Below, piece by piece: positions 1-11,697 of a stretch of DNA of 64,000 nt (its first letter is position 1; the number at the start of each line of letters is the position of its first letter). Made by a program: the position numbers and the translations under genes. The notes beneath the pieces were generated by a model. That model was given only the letters and a program-made list of their open reading frames with translations, was not told the origin of the DNA and did no database searches. The DNA is from Vitrella brassicaformis CCMP3155. Taxonomy: Eukaryota > Protista > Chromerida. The stretch is taken from the NCBI GenBank assembly GCA_001179505.1, contig CDMY01000466.1, positions 62,001 to 126,000 of the forward strand, written 5' to 3'.

Positions 1-45
1 ATGCAGGCTGGCGTGCGGAACACATGACATCGTTCTGTCCGGCAG

Positions 46-2141
46 ATGCTTCGTGGCGAGTTCAGTGAGTCGAGTGAGCGGTCGGTGGTCCTGCGAGAGG
101 TCTCCCGTGACGTGGCAGCGGTGGTGCTTCGGACGCCGAATGACATTGTCAGAGATCTGACACAGGAGGTGAGCAGCAGAATGATTCACTGCTGTCACTC
201 ACGTCTGCGTGTGTGTGGCGCGGCGTGGTGATCGATCAGAACTTCATTGCCTGCTTAGAGGCCGTTGATTTCCTTCAGTACGAGAAGCCACGGAGCATCC
301 TCAAAGCCATCAAACCAAAGGTAGCCACGGAAATGGGAATCCATTCGTTCACCGACTCTCATCATCTGTTGTTCAGGTGGTCCGCAATAGGTGGCTGTCC
401 GACAATGACATCGCCAGTGCGCTGCTCAAGGCGTCCTTCCGGCGACCTCTCATCAGGTTCGTTCACTCGTAGGCATCTTGGTGTGTTGCCTGACCACGCG
501 TGTGTGGGTGTGGGTGTGGGTGTGTATTCAGGCGTTTCATCTCCGAGCATGACGAGGTGCTGTCGGCATGTGGGCCCTTCGTCCTGCAGAGTGCAGGAGA
601 AGTCGCGGCGGTGTGGGACAACGCACCACCATCCACATCCCAAGACGACGGCACGGACAACATTGAGGATGGTGACGGTGATGGGAAGCCCACTGCGGCC
701 AGCAGTGCACCACTCGAGTATGTCATGTCACTGCTGAATCGCCTGTTGCGTTCGTTGGAGGCTGGCACCTATGACGTCTCGCTGTCGAGCCTCAAGCGCT
801 TCGCCACTGACGCGACGCGGTCGGGAAGCTTCCCTGAGGCGGCTGCCGATATCTTCGAGTGCACCAAGTAAGGGGCAAGCAAGCCGCCTTGCATGCTGCA
901 TTCATGTGTGGAGTGGATGCATGTGTGTTATGTATGGCTGTGGACATTTGCAGGTTGTCTGAGGAGAAGGCCGTGGAGATCACGTCACCCGGGGAGGGCA
1001 AAGGCGACAAGACAGATGACGGCCGATACGTCGCCGTTCTGCACGGCAGCGAGAGAGAGTGTGACGCCAAGCTCGAGTTCGACATCCGCAGCGGGCCCTA
1101 CGATGAAGAAAGTAGCAGTGAGGACATGAAGTTGGCCGGCGTCAGAACATTCGACATCACTGCCGACTACTGCGGGCAGGCCAACGAGCGGTCAGTGATG
1201 ACTGTGAGATGACTGAGGTTGTCGTCGAGCTCCTGCTATTCTCTGTCTCGTGTGCAGGACGGTCTTCTGCTATTCGTTTCGTGCGGACATCTCCATCGAC
1301 ACCGACAAGGAGCCCATCAAGATCGAGAAGAAGGAGTTTGATTTCTCTCAAGGATTGGCAAACATGCCAGTGTTTGTCATCGGCCTCCTTTGGACACAGC
1401 CTATCACCAACGTGCTCGTCATCCCATTCAAGGACAGCGAGGCCTTTGAGGGCAAGGACACCACTGTGGCGTCTGTCAAGGCGTCTGTGACGATCCGCCA
1501 CTATCCGATGAGGTGCCTGGTGCTCCACTGCCTGCGCCTGATGATCCGCGAGGGCCAGTGGGCAGACATGCAAGGCGTCGGCGCCGCCATCACACGACAG
1601 GTGCGCAACGTGCAAACAACACATGGCGCCGTCCGGTCTTCATGTGTGTGGCTGTGTGTGTCTGCAGGTAGCTGAGCAAATGGCTGTGTATCTGGCCAGA
1701 ATGACGGCAGACGGCGTGTCCCCGCTGCGTGTGCTGACGTCATGGATGAGCGGCTGGGGCAGCGAGCAGCACTTGGACGAGTGGACCCGCAGTGAGGTGT
1801 CGTACGCCGCCCTGTCCACCGCCGTGATGGAGACCCACATCCGAGACCTGGCGCCCTTCATCCGAGTGTTCGGCCAGCTGATCGCCGACAAAGGCGGCCG
1901 GGACGATTCGGTGGACAAGATAGTTTTGAGGTTGCAGGACGAACCCGACACCCTGCGCACATTCATCGAGTCCATGTTTGATGATGGGGCATCGGGAGGG
2001 CTCAGCACAGCCTCTGGCGGGTCGAGGAAGAGAGGAAGGATCAGCATCGGTGTCGAGTGCACGGTTGGCCGCCAGGAGGGCGGGCACCAAGGCAGTCGGT
2101 TTAGAGCCATGAAAGCGTTGTTAGTCGTATTGATAGACTGA
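46..2141 (+). CDS. BTB/POZ-domain protein, multi-exon, 5' end probably outside the window
   Basis: The exon after ggcag at 46 reads MLRGEFSESSERSVVLREVSRDVAAVVLR, which fits the BTB consensus m..g.f.Es....v.l.dv. It is followed by NFIACLEAVDFLQY. Further GT-AG exons continue to the stop at 2141. Exon joins were only partly checked. Confidence 0.6.
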
Positions 2142-2378
2142 CTGATAGACGGACAGACATGCTACGTGTCAGCTACAATATTCGGTCCAGAGGCAGCAGA
2201 AGAGCAGGGCTTTACTACATTTGCAAACTACACACGTGAGCTTTGAATCACTTCAAGAAGAGAAAATCACTTCAAGAAAGAGAAATTGCCGGCGCTGTTG
2301 GCGCGCGCTTTACTTCGAGCAACTACTGCACACTGCACACGCGCTCGACAACAGCAAAGGAAAGGTAAAAGGGAAGTT

Positions 2379-3293
2379 CTATTCCTCCTTGTCATGCTGA
2401 TCGCAGTCCTCGTCCTCGCCAACAACACAATCGCTGCTATGCTTGAGACGGCGGCCACCGCCTGAATGATATGTCCGAAGACGAGCAAATGGAGACAGAC
2501 ACGCAATGAGCTCTCTGTGTTGGGGTTCGGCATTGCGGTGGTGTGTCCGACCCACCCCCACGGCGCAGCTCTCTCTCATCGTGGTCGTCACTGTCGAGGC
2601 GTCTGCCGCCCCGGCCACGGCGCAGTTCACGCTCTTCCTCCTCGGTCAGGCGGCGGCCACCTTGCAGACAAACAAGACACGTATACACGAGAAAGAAAGA
2701 CGTGCCGCAACGCACCTCCCCCACGACGAAGCTCGCGTTCGTCCTCGTTGCCGTCCAGACGACGGCCCCCTGCACCCAGGAAGCCACACACACGTCCTCA
2801 GTGTGTAAGGCCTTCTGGGTGTGTTGTTTTGCCTGCCCACCACCACCACGTCTCAGCTCACGGCCCTCCTCGCCCTCCTCCTCTTCTGTGAGTCTTCTGC
2901 CGCCGCCACCACGGCGAAGCTCCCGGACTCCGTCCTCATCAGACTCCTTTTCTTCGAGTCTTCTCCCACCGCCACCACGTCTGAGCTCACGGGCCTTCTC
3001 GTCCTCGTCATCCTCCTCTCCATCGAGTCTTCTGCCGCCGCCACCACGTCTCAGCTCACGGCCTTCGTCCTCGTCAGACGCGGCCCCTTCCTCCCCAGCG
3101 TGTTCTTGTTGAGCACGGAGTTCGTCACGCGTAGAGCCTTCTTCAGGCTGTGTCTGAAGATCAACAAATCCGTGCTCAAGGCCACTGGCGTTGAGGTATT
3201 AGTGTTGATGCCTACGTTGAGGCCACTGGCGTTGAGAGAGCTGGGGAAGGTAACCAAGGCAGGCACAGTGAGGAAGACAAGGCGAAGCTTCAT
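2379..3293 (-). CDS. Secreted repeat precursor (about 210 aa): signal peptide, then 7 x RELRRGGGGRRL separated by acidic spacers
   Basis: Five exons (3293-3216, 3153-2841, 2769-2716, 2660-2556, 2461-2379) with GT-AG introns whose phases all match give one open frame. It begins MKLRLVFLTVPALVTFPSSLNASGLN and ends KHSSDCVVGEDEDCDQHDKEE*. Confidence 0.85.
2445..3060 (-). repeat. Coding repeat-spacer array: seven 36-nt (spliced) units encoding RELRRG(G/R)GGRRL
   Basis: Units differ mainly at synonymous third codon positions. The spacers encode DGEEDDEDEKA, EEKESDEDGV, TEEEEGEEG, DGNEDE, TEEEE and DSDDHDE. Confidence 0.9.
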
Positions 3294-3453
3294 CGTGCGG
3301 TCGTTTCCCGAGGAAGAGGCCTCTGGGAAACCAAGATCACTTCTTTGGGGGCCCGCGGGGGGGCGCAGTTGCCGTCTCACCGTTTTTTCCGGTCAACTCA
3401 GTTGACCCTCACAGGCAGCTGGCAACGTATAGCGAGACGGACCTCCAGACAAA
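3294..3453. promoter_or_regulatory. Putative 160-bp bidirectional promoter containing a perfect inverted repeat GGTCAAC-tca-GTTGACC (3391-3407)
   Basis: Divergent ATGs lie at 3293 (-) and 3454 (+). The hairpin was read directly from the sequence; its function is inferred. Confidence 0.45.
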
Positions 3454-6400
3454 ATGAAGCGACAGCCGGAAGAACATCGTACTGATGTGAATGGTGATGG
3501 TACGGGAGAGACGCCTTTGGCAGATCTGCCTGACGAGTAAGCAAGGGGTCCTTCGAGTCACAGAGCAGTGCGCGTCCCACTCCATCCATGTATGATCTGT
3601 TTCCATGTCCTCCGTCAGTCTGTTGGTGTATCTGGAGCACTGTGTGGCACAGTTCGACGCCGATTTCAACAGAGTGGCTGACGAGTTCAAAGGTGAAGTG
3701 AAAGCTGTGGAGTGCATGCGTCTGATGACTGCTCTGTTGTCATGTAGCGCTGGTATCTGACGCTGGCCCAGGGGAAGGCGACGGCTCCTCTGCGTCTCAG
3801 TTCACAGCCGAGAACCTCAGGCGACGATGGCTGAAGCACACCAAGCAGCAGACGAACCAGCCTGCCAATGCCGCTGAAAGTGCCTCCTCGAGACCAGCCG
3901 ACACGGCTGAGGAGAAGGAACGTGATGAACAGAAGATGAATGGGGAAGGTGGCGCCACCGAGACGGAAGGAAAACCTTCAAATGTGTCCGACTTCAACAT
4001 CCTCCGAGACAGCCTGAGAGGTCGGCTTGCCCAGATCCAGGCAAATGCAGCAGCCAACCTGCCGTCGATGGTCGAGGGAGAAGGGACTGGCGGCGATGAG
4101 CAGCCGTCCTCGACGGATGCGCGAGGGGAAGCGGCAGATGAGACACACGAGGACGAGACAGAGAGAGAAGGCGCGGATGGGGACGCGGAGGACGATTCGC
4201 CTGTGGAAATCTACGATGCGACGAGGGCCAGAGTGACCGGCGGCATCCGCCTGCAAGACGCATCCCCACCATCCACTTCATCAGCCCGACCAGCGACCGA
4301 TGAGACGAATGGAGACGCCTCGGTGGTGGTGCAGATGGCCCTCACAGAGACGAATGCGGCACCCATTCCACATTCCCTCCCCTCTGCTATGGACAAGAAG
4401 AGCGACAAGGGTTTGATCACGTCTCCGCCGACAGACTCAACCTTCCTCCCTGAGACGAACGAGACACAGAGTGTCCAGCAGGACACCGACGAGGCCGCCT
4501 TCAGCCAGAAGACAAAAGAACTCTTTGGCACGGACAAAGTGAGGGAGCTGTTTCCCGACCTGCCAAGATCGTGGACTCACCCGATGGCCAGGGACATGGG
4601 TGCGGGACCTTCTGCCGCCGACGAGGAGTCCGCTGCCACGATCCCGAGTTTTGACGCTATTCTGTTGAGCCAGCATGTCAACCCTGATGACCCTGTGGAT
4701 GGGAACTTGGTGCAACTGCCGCCTGTAAGATGAGACATAAACAGAAGGGTATGCATATGGCGACATTCGACGTATGTCTCTGCCCACAGGGGTTGGAGGA
4801 TGTATACAGTGCACTACGGCAGGGACTTGCAGGCAGGAACTACGCTGCCGAGGCTCCCCCGGTGGACCGGCCCCACAGCCAAGCACCGAGGTCTGCCATA
4901 CCGCAGCGTTTCCAGCCGACCATCAAGCGAGTGAGAAGAGAACAGGAAACGGCCCCTGGTGCTGACGGTAGTGAAAGGAGCGAGGCGGTGTGTGATGGGG
5001 TCGAGCGGATTGGGTATGGGGAAGACGAAGGCCCCGATGGAGACGACGAGGACGATGTGGGCACGGAAATATTGGCAAAAGGTACAACTGTTTGTATTTA
5101 TGGCTTCTTCATTCCCGCTTCAGGTTGGTTGGCTGTCGCTTCGTGCTCGTATGAAGCAAAACAGCCAAGACCTACTGTCAAAGAACAACGACATCCAGGA
5201 ACCCACACGGCCGCTCCCACCTCTGGTCCGCACCGATCTATTTCCTCCCGCCCCTCCCGTCCCTTCCACCTTCCCCGAGCCGCCCACGCCCCCACCGTCA
5301 CACGCACCATCGGCCCCTCTGCCCCGCGTCCCATCCCCTGTAGCCATCATGCGCGAGCACCCGACTATGGACGACGAACTGCCCTCGGATGAGGCACCAT
5401 CGCCATCGGCCAGTGTCACTGCAAGTGCCTTCAGAGACGGCAGCACGGGGGCCGACAGCACGTCCCCCGGAGACGCTTCCGTCGGTGTGGCTCGGCTGAC
5501 TCCTCGGCTCTTGACTGAGATCGAGAGGGAGGAGTTCGCCAGGGAGACGGAGAGAAGACGAGACGAGTTGCGGGGGCGGCTGGCTCCAATTATGTTGCCG
5601 CGAAGCCCGGAAACAATCGAAAGGCTGGCTGCACTGACGACACCAGCGGCGACACCGAGTGGTACGGCAGCGGCAAGAGGCAGAGAGGCAATCGGCAGGC
5701 GCTGGATGGTGCAAATGGAGGAGCAGGAAAACACAGAGATGGCGGCATGGACATCAACCAATGAGATCACAAAGAGCAGAGAGGAGGATCAGCCATCGAG
5801 CACCGCCGGCCCGAGTGCTGCACGTGCTGAAGGGGAGGAGGCGGCGCCACCTGAGGTGACGGATGACCAAGCCAGGCAGGCGCAGAAGGAGCGGCTGCAG
5901 TCTCAAATATCAGCGTGGTTCGCTCAGCGAGACGACTTGTCTCTCTTCCACCCATCTGTCAGCTTCGCCCCATCACTGCCGTCGTTTCCGGAGACACACC
6001 TTGACGCCTTCAAGCAGCTTCCGACCACCACGACGTTGCCGCCATGTCTCGCCCGATGCACCATCGCCATCCTGCCGTGGGGCTGCTCGTCTCGTGTGCT
6101 GACCCCGCCATCTGATGTGCAAGTGCTGGTACTGGAGACGCTGTTCCAGCGGGGCCTGGTCACGTCAGTGAGCCAGCTGCCGTGGACGTGTGTGGCGTCG
6201 TCGGCCCTCATGAGGCACCAGATGGCGATAAGGGCGGCCGCGCATAGGTCGGCGGCGGTGCTGCTGTTGGTGCTCAAATGTCAGGACACCTCTTCGGTGC
6301 TAGACGTGGCCATGGAGGGGTCGGAGCTGTCGCTGAGGGACGCGCTGTGGCTGTTCTCTACCAGTGCGGCCCTGCTCAACGACGCCATACCCCTGCTGAT

Positions 6401-9400
6401 GGCACCTTTGTCGTTCTCACAGCACGGGTTTGCGTCGTGCAGTGTCGGCGGGTCCGACGCGCTTGGGACTGATATGCACGTGGAGAGCATCTGTGTGACG
6501 CTGCGCTTGCAACCGAGCTCAGCTCCGACTTTGCTGCCGTGGCTGTTCAAACACACCAGCCAAGAGAGCCTCCTGTGCATCGGGTCGGTGAGACACAAAC
6601 AAGGGCATTTAGCATGACTATTCATTCATCCGATGTGTACAATGCGGGGGCTTCAGGCTTCGTTTGGTATACTCGACGCCGTCAACCATCCAGTCGTCCC
6701 CAACCCTCTCGCTGAAGCGCTCGCAGACGCCTTACCTGCCGACACTGATCTTGGCCTTGAGAGGACCTTTCGCCCTCACCAAGTGGCACGCCATCCAGGG
6801 ACCGGCCGACCCCACACTGGCCAGACGCACTGACCCCTCGTCGCTCAACGCTTTGTATGGCGGCCAGGACCGGGGCAGTGCTGCTGCCACGAGCGTGCAG
6901 GCGCCACACCACGCCATGATGGAGGTCATCTGGGCATTCGGCGGGCGAATCGACCTGACAGACAGTAGGTGGGATGGCTGCACTGTGGGCGTGGGGGATC
7001 GGCTCCAGCAGCTGGTGTATGGGGCGGCCAACTGCAGACAGCTGCTGATGAAGAACAGTCCAGCTGTCTACCGTGTTGCCCTGAGCAACCAGCTGCTCCC
7101 GCAGTGTCTGCCGCAGCTCATTGGGGCTCTACAGTCCCGCTGTGGCGCCCTTCTGAGCATCAGCTCCCTCCCGTCCGTCTCCATCGCCTGTATTCCACCC
7201 CGCACATCGAGTTTCGTCTTCACGTCTGTGTCGGAGGGCGGGTGGGAGGCCCTCTCGTCGATCGAGGAGCACCTGTTGCGCCCACCAGTGCAGACCCAAG
7301 GATGGAGGGACCTCACGAAGGCGGGCGCCCACGCAGTGTCACAGAGACGTGATTCGAAGGAGAAGGACAAAGGGAAGGAATGTGGGGCTCTGCCTCTGTC
7401 CTTTCATCCCTTGGCTGGTGATGTGTCGGTCGACCCTCTGGGGCTGCTCATCCGGGGCGGTGACCTCAGGGGCCGGGGGATGGTGGCCATGGGGTCGGGT
7501 GGCGCAGGAGACGAAGACACGCCAGAAATAGCAGTATTCGGTGCGGAAAGAAGCGATCCCTTTCAGATCGTTGCAATGGGGACATGAGTGTGTGTCTTGC
7601 AGGTGCGTGTGGTTCGCTCGACGAGGCCCCAGGTCTTGCTGCGTTCCTTGCTGACGTCCTCTGCGATGGCAGCATCGCATCCCGCATCCGCGTGCCCGAG
7701 GACGGCAGGGATGACGTCCAATCATTCGACGACATACCACTCTTCGGTGAGACACACTCACACAAAGAGCTCTTTTGCAAGGTTCGTACAAAGAGGCTCG
7801 CTCTGTTGCTTGATGATCAGGTGGCGCCCTGCAAGTGATAGCCTTCACCCTCATCGACCTCAAGTACCACAACCAAATCAGCAACCAGGATGCCGCAGCG
7901 AAGGAGACATCGGCAGCTGCATCCCCACACGACGATCTCTCCTCTCTCTCCTGGGGCGGCGCCGGCAGCCTCTGCAGAGACAATGCCACAATGACGACTG
8001 AGGGGCGAGAGGCGAGGGACAAGGGCATCAAAGCCCTCATGGCGCCCCATCTCTGTGACCTCACCCAGCTGCAGCGAGGCGGGAGCCACCCCTGCCCCCT
8101 TGAGGACGCCCTGCGGCTGCGTGAGGAAGATCTCAAGGACGGGGTGATGTTCCTTTGTGCGGTGCGGGGCGAGCGGGCGATCGAGTCGATGATCGGCCCG
8201 CTGAACCGCACTGCACGTCGACATATATCCCAGCGAGCCAGAGCTCCCCAGCCCCCGGTCAGCCGGCAGCTGAGCGGGTCTCTTTCCAACGGATCAGGGC
8301 CGGTTGTGAGACCCGTTGAGGCCGACGATATCGTTTTCCTCACGCCAGATCAGAAGGTTAGGCGAGAGAGCGGGCACAAAACAGCTCGTCTGTATGGCCT
8401 TTGGCATGATGTATAGGCTGCCCGTGCCATCTGGCGTCTGTTCTTCGGCCGGCACGAGAGGTCAGTGCCGGTGGTGGGTGGCGGGTCGTTCATCGCCCAC
8501 CCCGCCCGCCATCGGCTGTCCGAAGAGCGATACCACCCATCGCCCCCACTCACACACGTGGGGGAGGCTCTCCTGTTTTCTTCTGCCCTGCGGCCTGTCA
8601 TGACATCAACGGTGGCAGTGCTGCTCGCCGGTGGGCTGTCGGCTGCCTCTGGTGTGTCGAATAGCCCGCCTTGTCTAACATCTGCCCTCGAGATGGTGGC
8701 CCATGCGGCGCCGACACACAACATCGAGATCGCTGGAGTGTACACCACACGTAGGCAGCCAGCAGGGGACACATGATGGTCTACGGTGGATGGCCTTTCT
8801 CTGTGCGTGTGCCATTCAGCGCTGCCGTTGACGGATTTGGAGGCTGCCATTTTGTGCAGACAGGAGTTGGATGACAACCGGGCCCACCTGACCCCCTCAG
8901 TGCGGGACAGCGTCACGGCGTTCTTTCAATCGCTGGCGATGTCCGCGCACGATGGCCATTTCATCGTATGGGTCACACTCAAAGGCACCAATGGTAACAC
9001 ACCACACAACGAGAGAGGCACGACATCTCGTCTTGTCTCGTCTGTTCACCGTGTGCGTCAGTTGTGAAGCGGTGGGCCCGTCTGTGCGGCTCTTCGTACG
9101 CCGCCCTCAATACACAGCTGTCCCGACCTGCACTCAAGAACCAGATCGGCCACATCCCACTCTCAACCACACACACACCCACAGCCACAGCCGCAGACAC
9201 CTCGGCCTTTTCTCTGCCCGCCCTGCTGTGTGCGACATCCTACCAAGCAGCCCAGTTTCTGCTGAATCAGCTGCTGCGTCGGGGGGGCAAGCGACGTGCG
9301 AGGGAGAGGGCGGCCGGAAGTGGGCTGGAGGGGTATGATGAGGGTCAGGCCGGGGCCAGTGATGCTGCCGAGGCCAAGACGTGTGTAATTGTGAGCGTGA

Positions 9401-10091
9401 AGGCTGAGGAGTCGCTCGCTGGAGTTCTGGAAGGTAGCTGAGACACGGCCAGGTGCCTCTTTGGGGGTATACGCGGTGGTGTGGTTGGTTTCTGCAGCGT
9501 TTCTTGGTCATGTGTTGCGTGTGGATCCGCCGGTGGAGTTGCGTGCCGTCAAGACGCTGAGCCCGCCAGAGATCCACTCGTTCAGACACTTCCTGGCCCA
9601 CCAAGTCAGTCATAACAAGGCTACCGCATCACCCACTGACTCACTCACTCATCGCCGATCATTGTCTCATTTCCCAGGGTGTCCTGGTGGACACTGCTGT
9701 GACTATGTCTGCTCCGGTGGCGTCTGCTGCTGGTTTGCCGTCTGTTGCTGTGCTGGTCTGCGAGGGCGTCCACGCCGCTGCCAGCATACAGGCACACACA
9801 CAGAGAGAGAGACAGAGAGAGAGAGTGAAAAGACGCTGACCCTCTCCTGTGTGGTGCCTGCCTGGCAGGGTGTGTGTGATCGTCACTATCGTCAGCAGGC
9901 GGCCGTCAAGTGCGCTGTGGCACAGACACCCACCATGGTATGTATCTGCACACCGCCATCCAAGCGGGTGGATGCCATCAGCCAATATGTGCTGTTATCC
10001 ACATGCTCAGGTGGCCCGTGAGCTTCGCGCCTTCTTCCCCGACCTCTATCCGCCCGTGCAGCGCAGCCAGTCCACACGCGCGCGAGGGTAG
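3454..10091 (+). CDS. Very large multi-exon protein: SANT/Myb-like N-terminus, long acidic disordered region, several degenerate nucleoside-diphosphate-kinase (NDK)-like domains
   Basis: NDK-fold motifs: LALRGPFALTKWHAIQGPADPTLARRTDPSSLNALYG (~6730-6860), AVRGERAIESMIGPLN (~8160), AARAIWRLFF (~8420), VTLKGTNG/VKRWARLCG (~8975-9090) and VARELRAFF (~10012). The N-terminal exons from ATG 3454 join in frame (LEHCVAQFDADFNRVADEF..FTAENLRRRW). That the whole span is a single gene is inferred. Confidence 0.6.
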
Positions 10092-10472
10092 CCACTCAGC
10101 CATACACTGATGCAGTGTTTTTGGGATGGGAGTGCTCACTTTGTGGTGAAGTGGAGTGCAGTCAAGTGTGAGCCTTAGATGAGACAAACCAAACGGACGG
10201 ACACCTGTTATCTATTTATTCGTTTAGACTGATGGCTCGGTCTCGGCGCTTTCACGCATCAGTCAACACGACACACACACACGCACACAGACACCAAACC
10301 CCCGACAGAGATCTCGTACTGTACAATGCACACCACCCACCCCCTCGTCTGCCTGTCCCGCCTGTACAACCAGTCAGTCCCATCTGCTGCCTATAACCAA
10401 CCCAACCGACACCGCCTGACCGCGAACCTTACAAGCATCCTCTCTCCCTCCCCATCCCACGGCTCCCCGTTG

Positions 10473-11127
10473 TCATCTCCTCGTGAATGTCTTGAGGTGA
10501 AAGCACTTAGCAATAGCCTCCGACAGGTGCTTGCAGTTGTCGTCGAGCAGCCGATACTCGTTCGGGAACGCCTCAGCGACTCTTATCAGCGTGTCGATCT
10601 GTATCGGCTGCTCGCAGATCTCGCTGGCCAGCCAGACGGACGTCATCATGACGTTGTGCTTCTCCATCCGCAGCCGGAGCGGCTTGACTGACGTGTAGTG
10701 GCGGATGTGTATGTTGCCCGTGTAGGTCTTGTCGACGGTGATGATGCCGCCGTCACTGAGCTCCGCCTGCACCCAGTGGTGGTCGATGTACTCGTAGCCC
10801 TTTGTCGACCACCGCACCGGTGTGAGGGCGTTGTAGAGCAGAGTGGGCGATGCCTTGAGGACGCCGCCGAGCCAGTCAGTGTCGTCGATGAGGATGGGTG
10901 CGGCCAACACGCGCAGGTTGTAGCACCACTGATCCCTCCTTGCTGCCACCTCTGAAGATATCACCAGAGTGCCTGCATGCATATGCACCCGACACACACA
11001 GGCGTCAAAGAGCAGCCGCAGCAGGTTCGTGCCTTAGTCAAAGGAGCCTGCCTTTCTGACCTGATGTGCGCATGAGGCGCAGAGCGCCAATGAGCCCGAG
11101 GGGAGCGAGCGGCAGCAACTGGCTCAT
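10473..11127 (-). CDS. Permuted papain-like (PPPDE/DeSI- or LRAT-like) cysteine hydrolase, about 188 aa, 2 exons
   Basis: Exons 11127-11061 and 10972-10473 join in phase. A His motif (IDHHWVQAEL) precedes the Cys motif (EYRLLDDNCKHLS), the order typical of permuted NlpC/P60 enzymes. The N-terminus is hydrophobic (MSQLLPLAPLGLIGALRL). Confidence 0.65.
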
Positions 11128-11176
11128 CACACCTGTCGCCGCTCAACGCTTCTTGACGCTGGCAGTTCTGTGTTTG

Positions 11177-11186
11177 GTTATATAAA
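11177..11186 (-). promoter_or_regulatory. TATA-like element upstream of the PPPDE/LRAT-like gene
   Basis: GTTTATATAA on the minus strand, about 50 bp upstream of ATG 11127, in an otherwise GC-rich context. Confidence 0.35.
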
Positions 11187-11697
11187 CTGAATGCCAAGGG
11201 TTTGGTTAGGGCTGAGGGTTTGGGTGTGCGAAAGCGAAGTCAGTTTTGGGCTTGTGAGCGCGGCCTACTCCCGGAGCCTGTTAGTTGTTCTGGCCGTATT
11301 GCACCACCATCCTCAGCTCCTCACGTCCACTCTCTACCAGATCCGGCAGCTCTGTGGCAGACAGGGAGGCCCAGTTGCTGGACATCTATTCCCTCGGACG
11401 GCGGTTCGCACAGAGCCGCTTGAAAGAAGGCCGCGCCGCTCCCTCAAAAGAACGTAAGTGAACACATGCCGGTGAGAGCTCACCCAGCGAGGAGGCATGG
11501 CCATGGATGCTTGGTTTCTTGCAGGTACCGGTTTGGTTGGTGGCCACGTGTCGGCTGGCAGACGGGCGTCTGGAAAAACACACAGGTGACCACCAAGGAC
11601 GCCAGCCGCTGCCGGAGTGAGTCCAGTCCGCCTGCCATCTCATCTTTTCCACCCCGCCTGTGTGTGGTTCTATGGTTCAGATCGTAGCTTGTGAGGG

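Noticed and set aside
2246-2284. Tandem duplication of a 19-20-nt word (AATCACTTCAAGAA(A)GAGAA)
   Set aside because: It is an isolated two-copy slippage event in intergenic/3' UTR DNA, with no array or terminal-repeat partner.
2445-3060. Repeat-spacer pattern resembling a CRISPR array (36-nt repeats, 15-33-nt spacers)
   Set aside because: The repeats vary at synonymous codon positions and are interrupted by spliceosomal introns. The spacers all encode acidic residues in one frame, and no cas genes are present. This is a coding repeat.
2466-3405. Plus-strand ORFs (189-194 aa) rich in Ser/Pro/Arg or Leu
   Set aside because: They are antisense shadows of the minus-strand RELRR gene.
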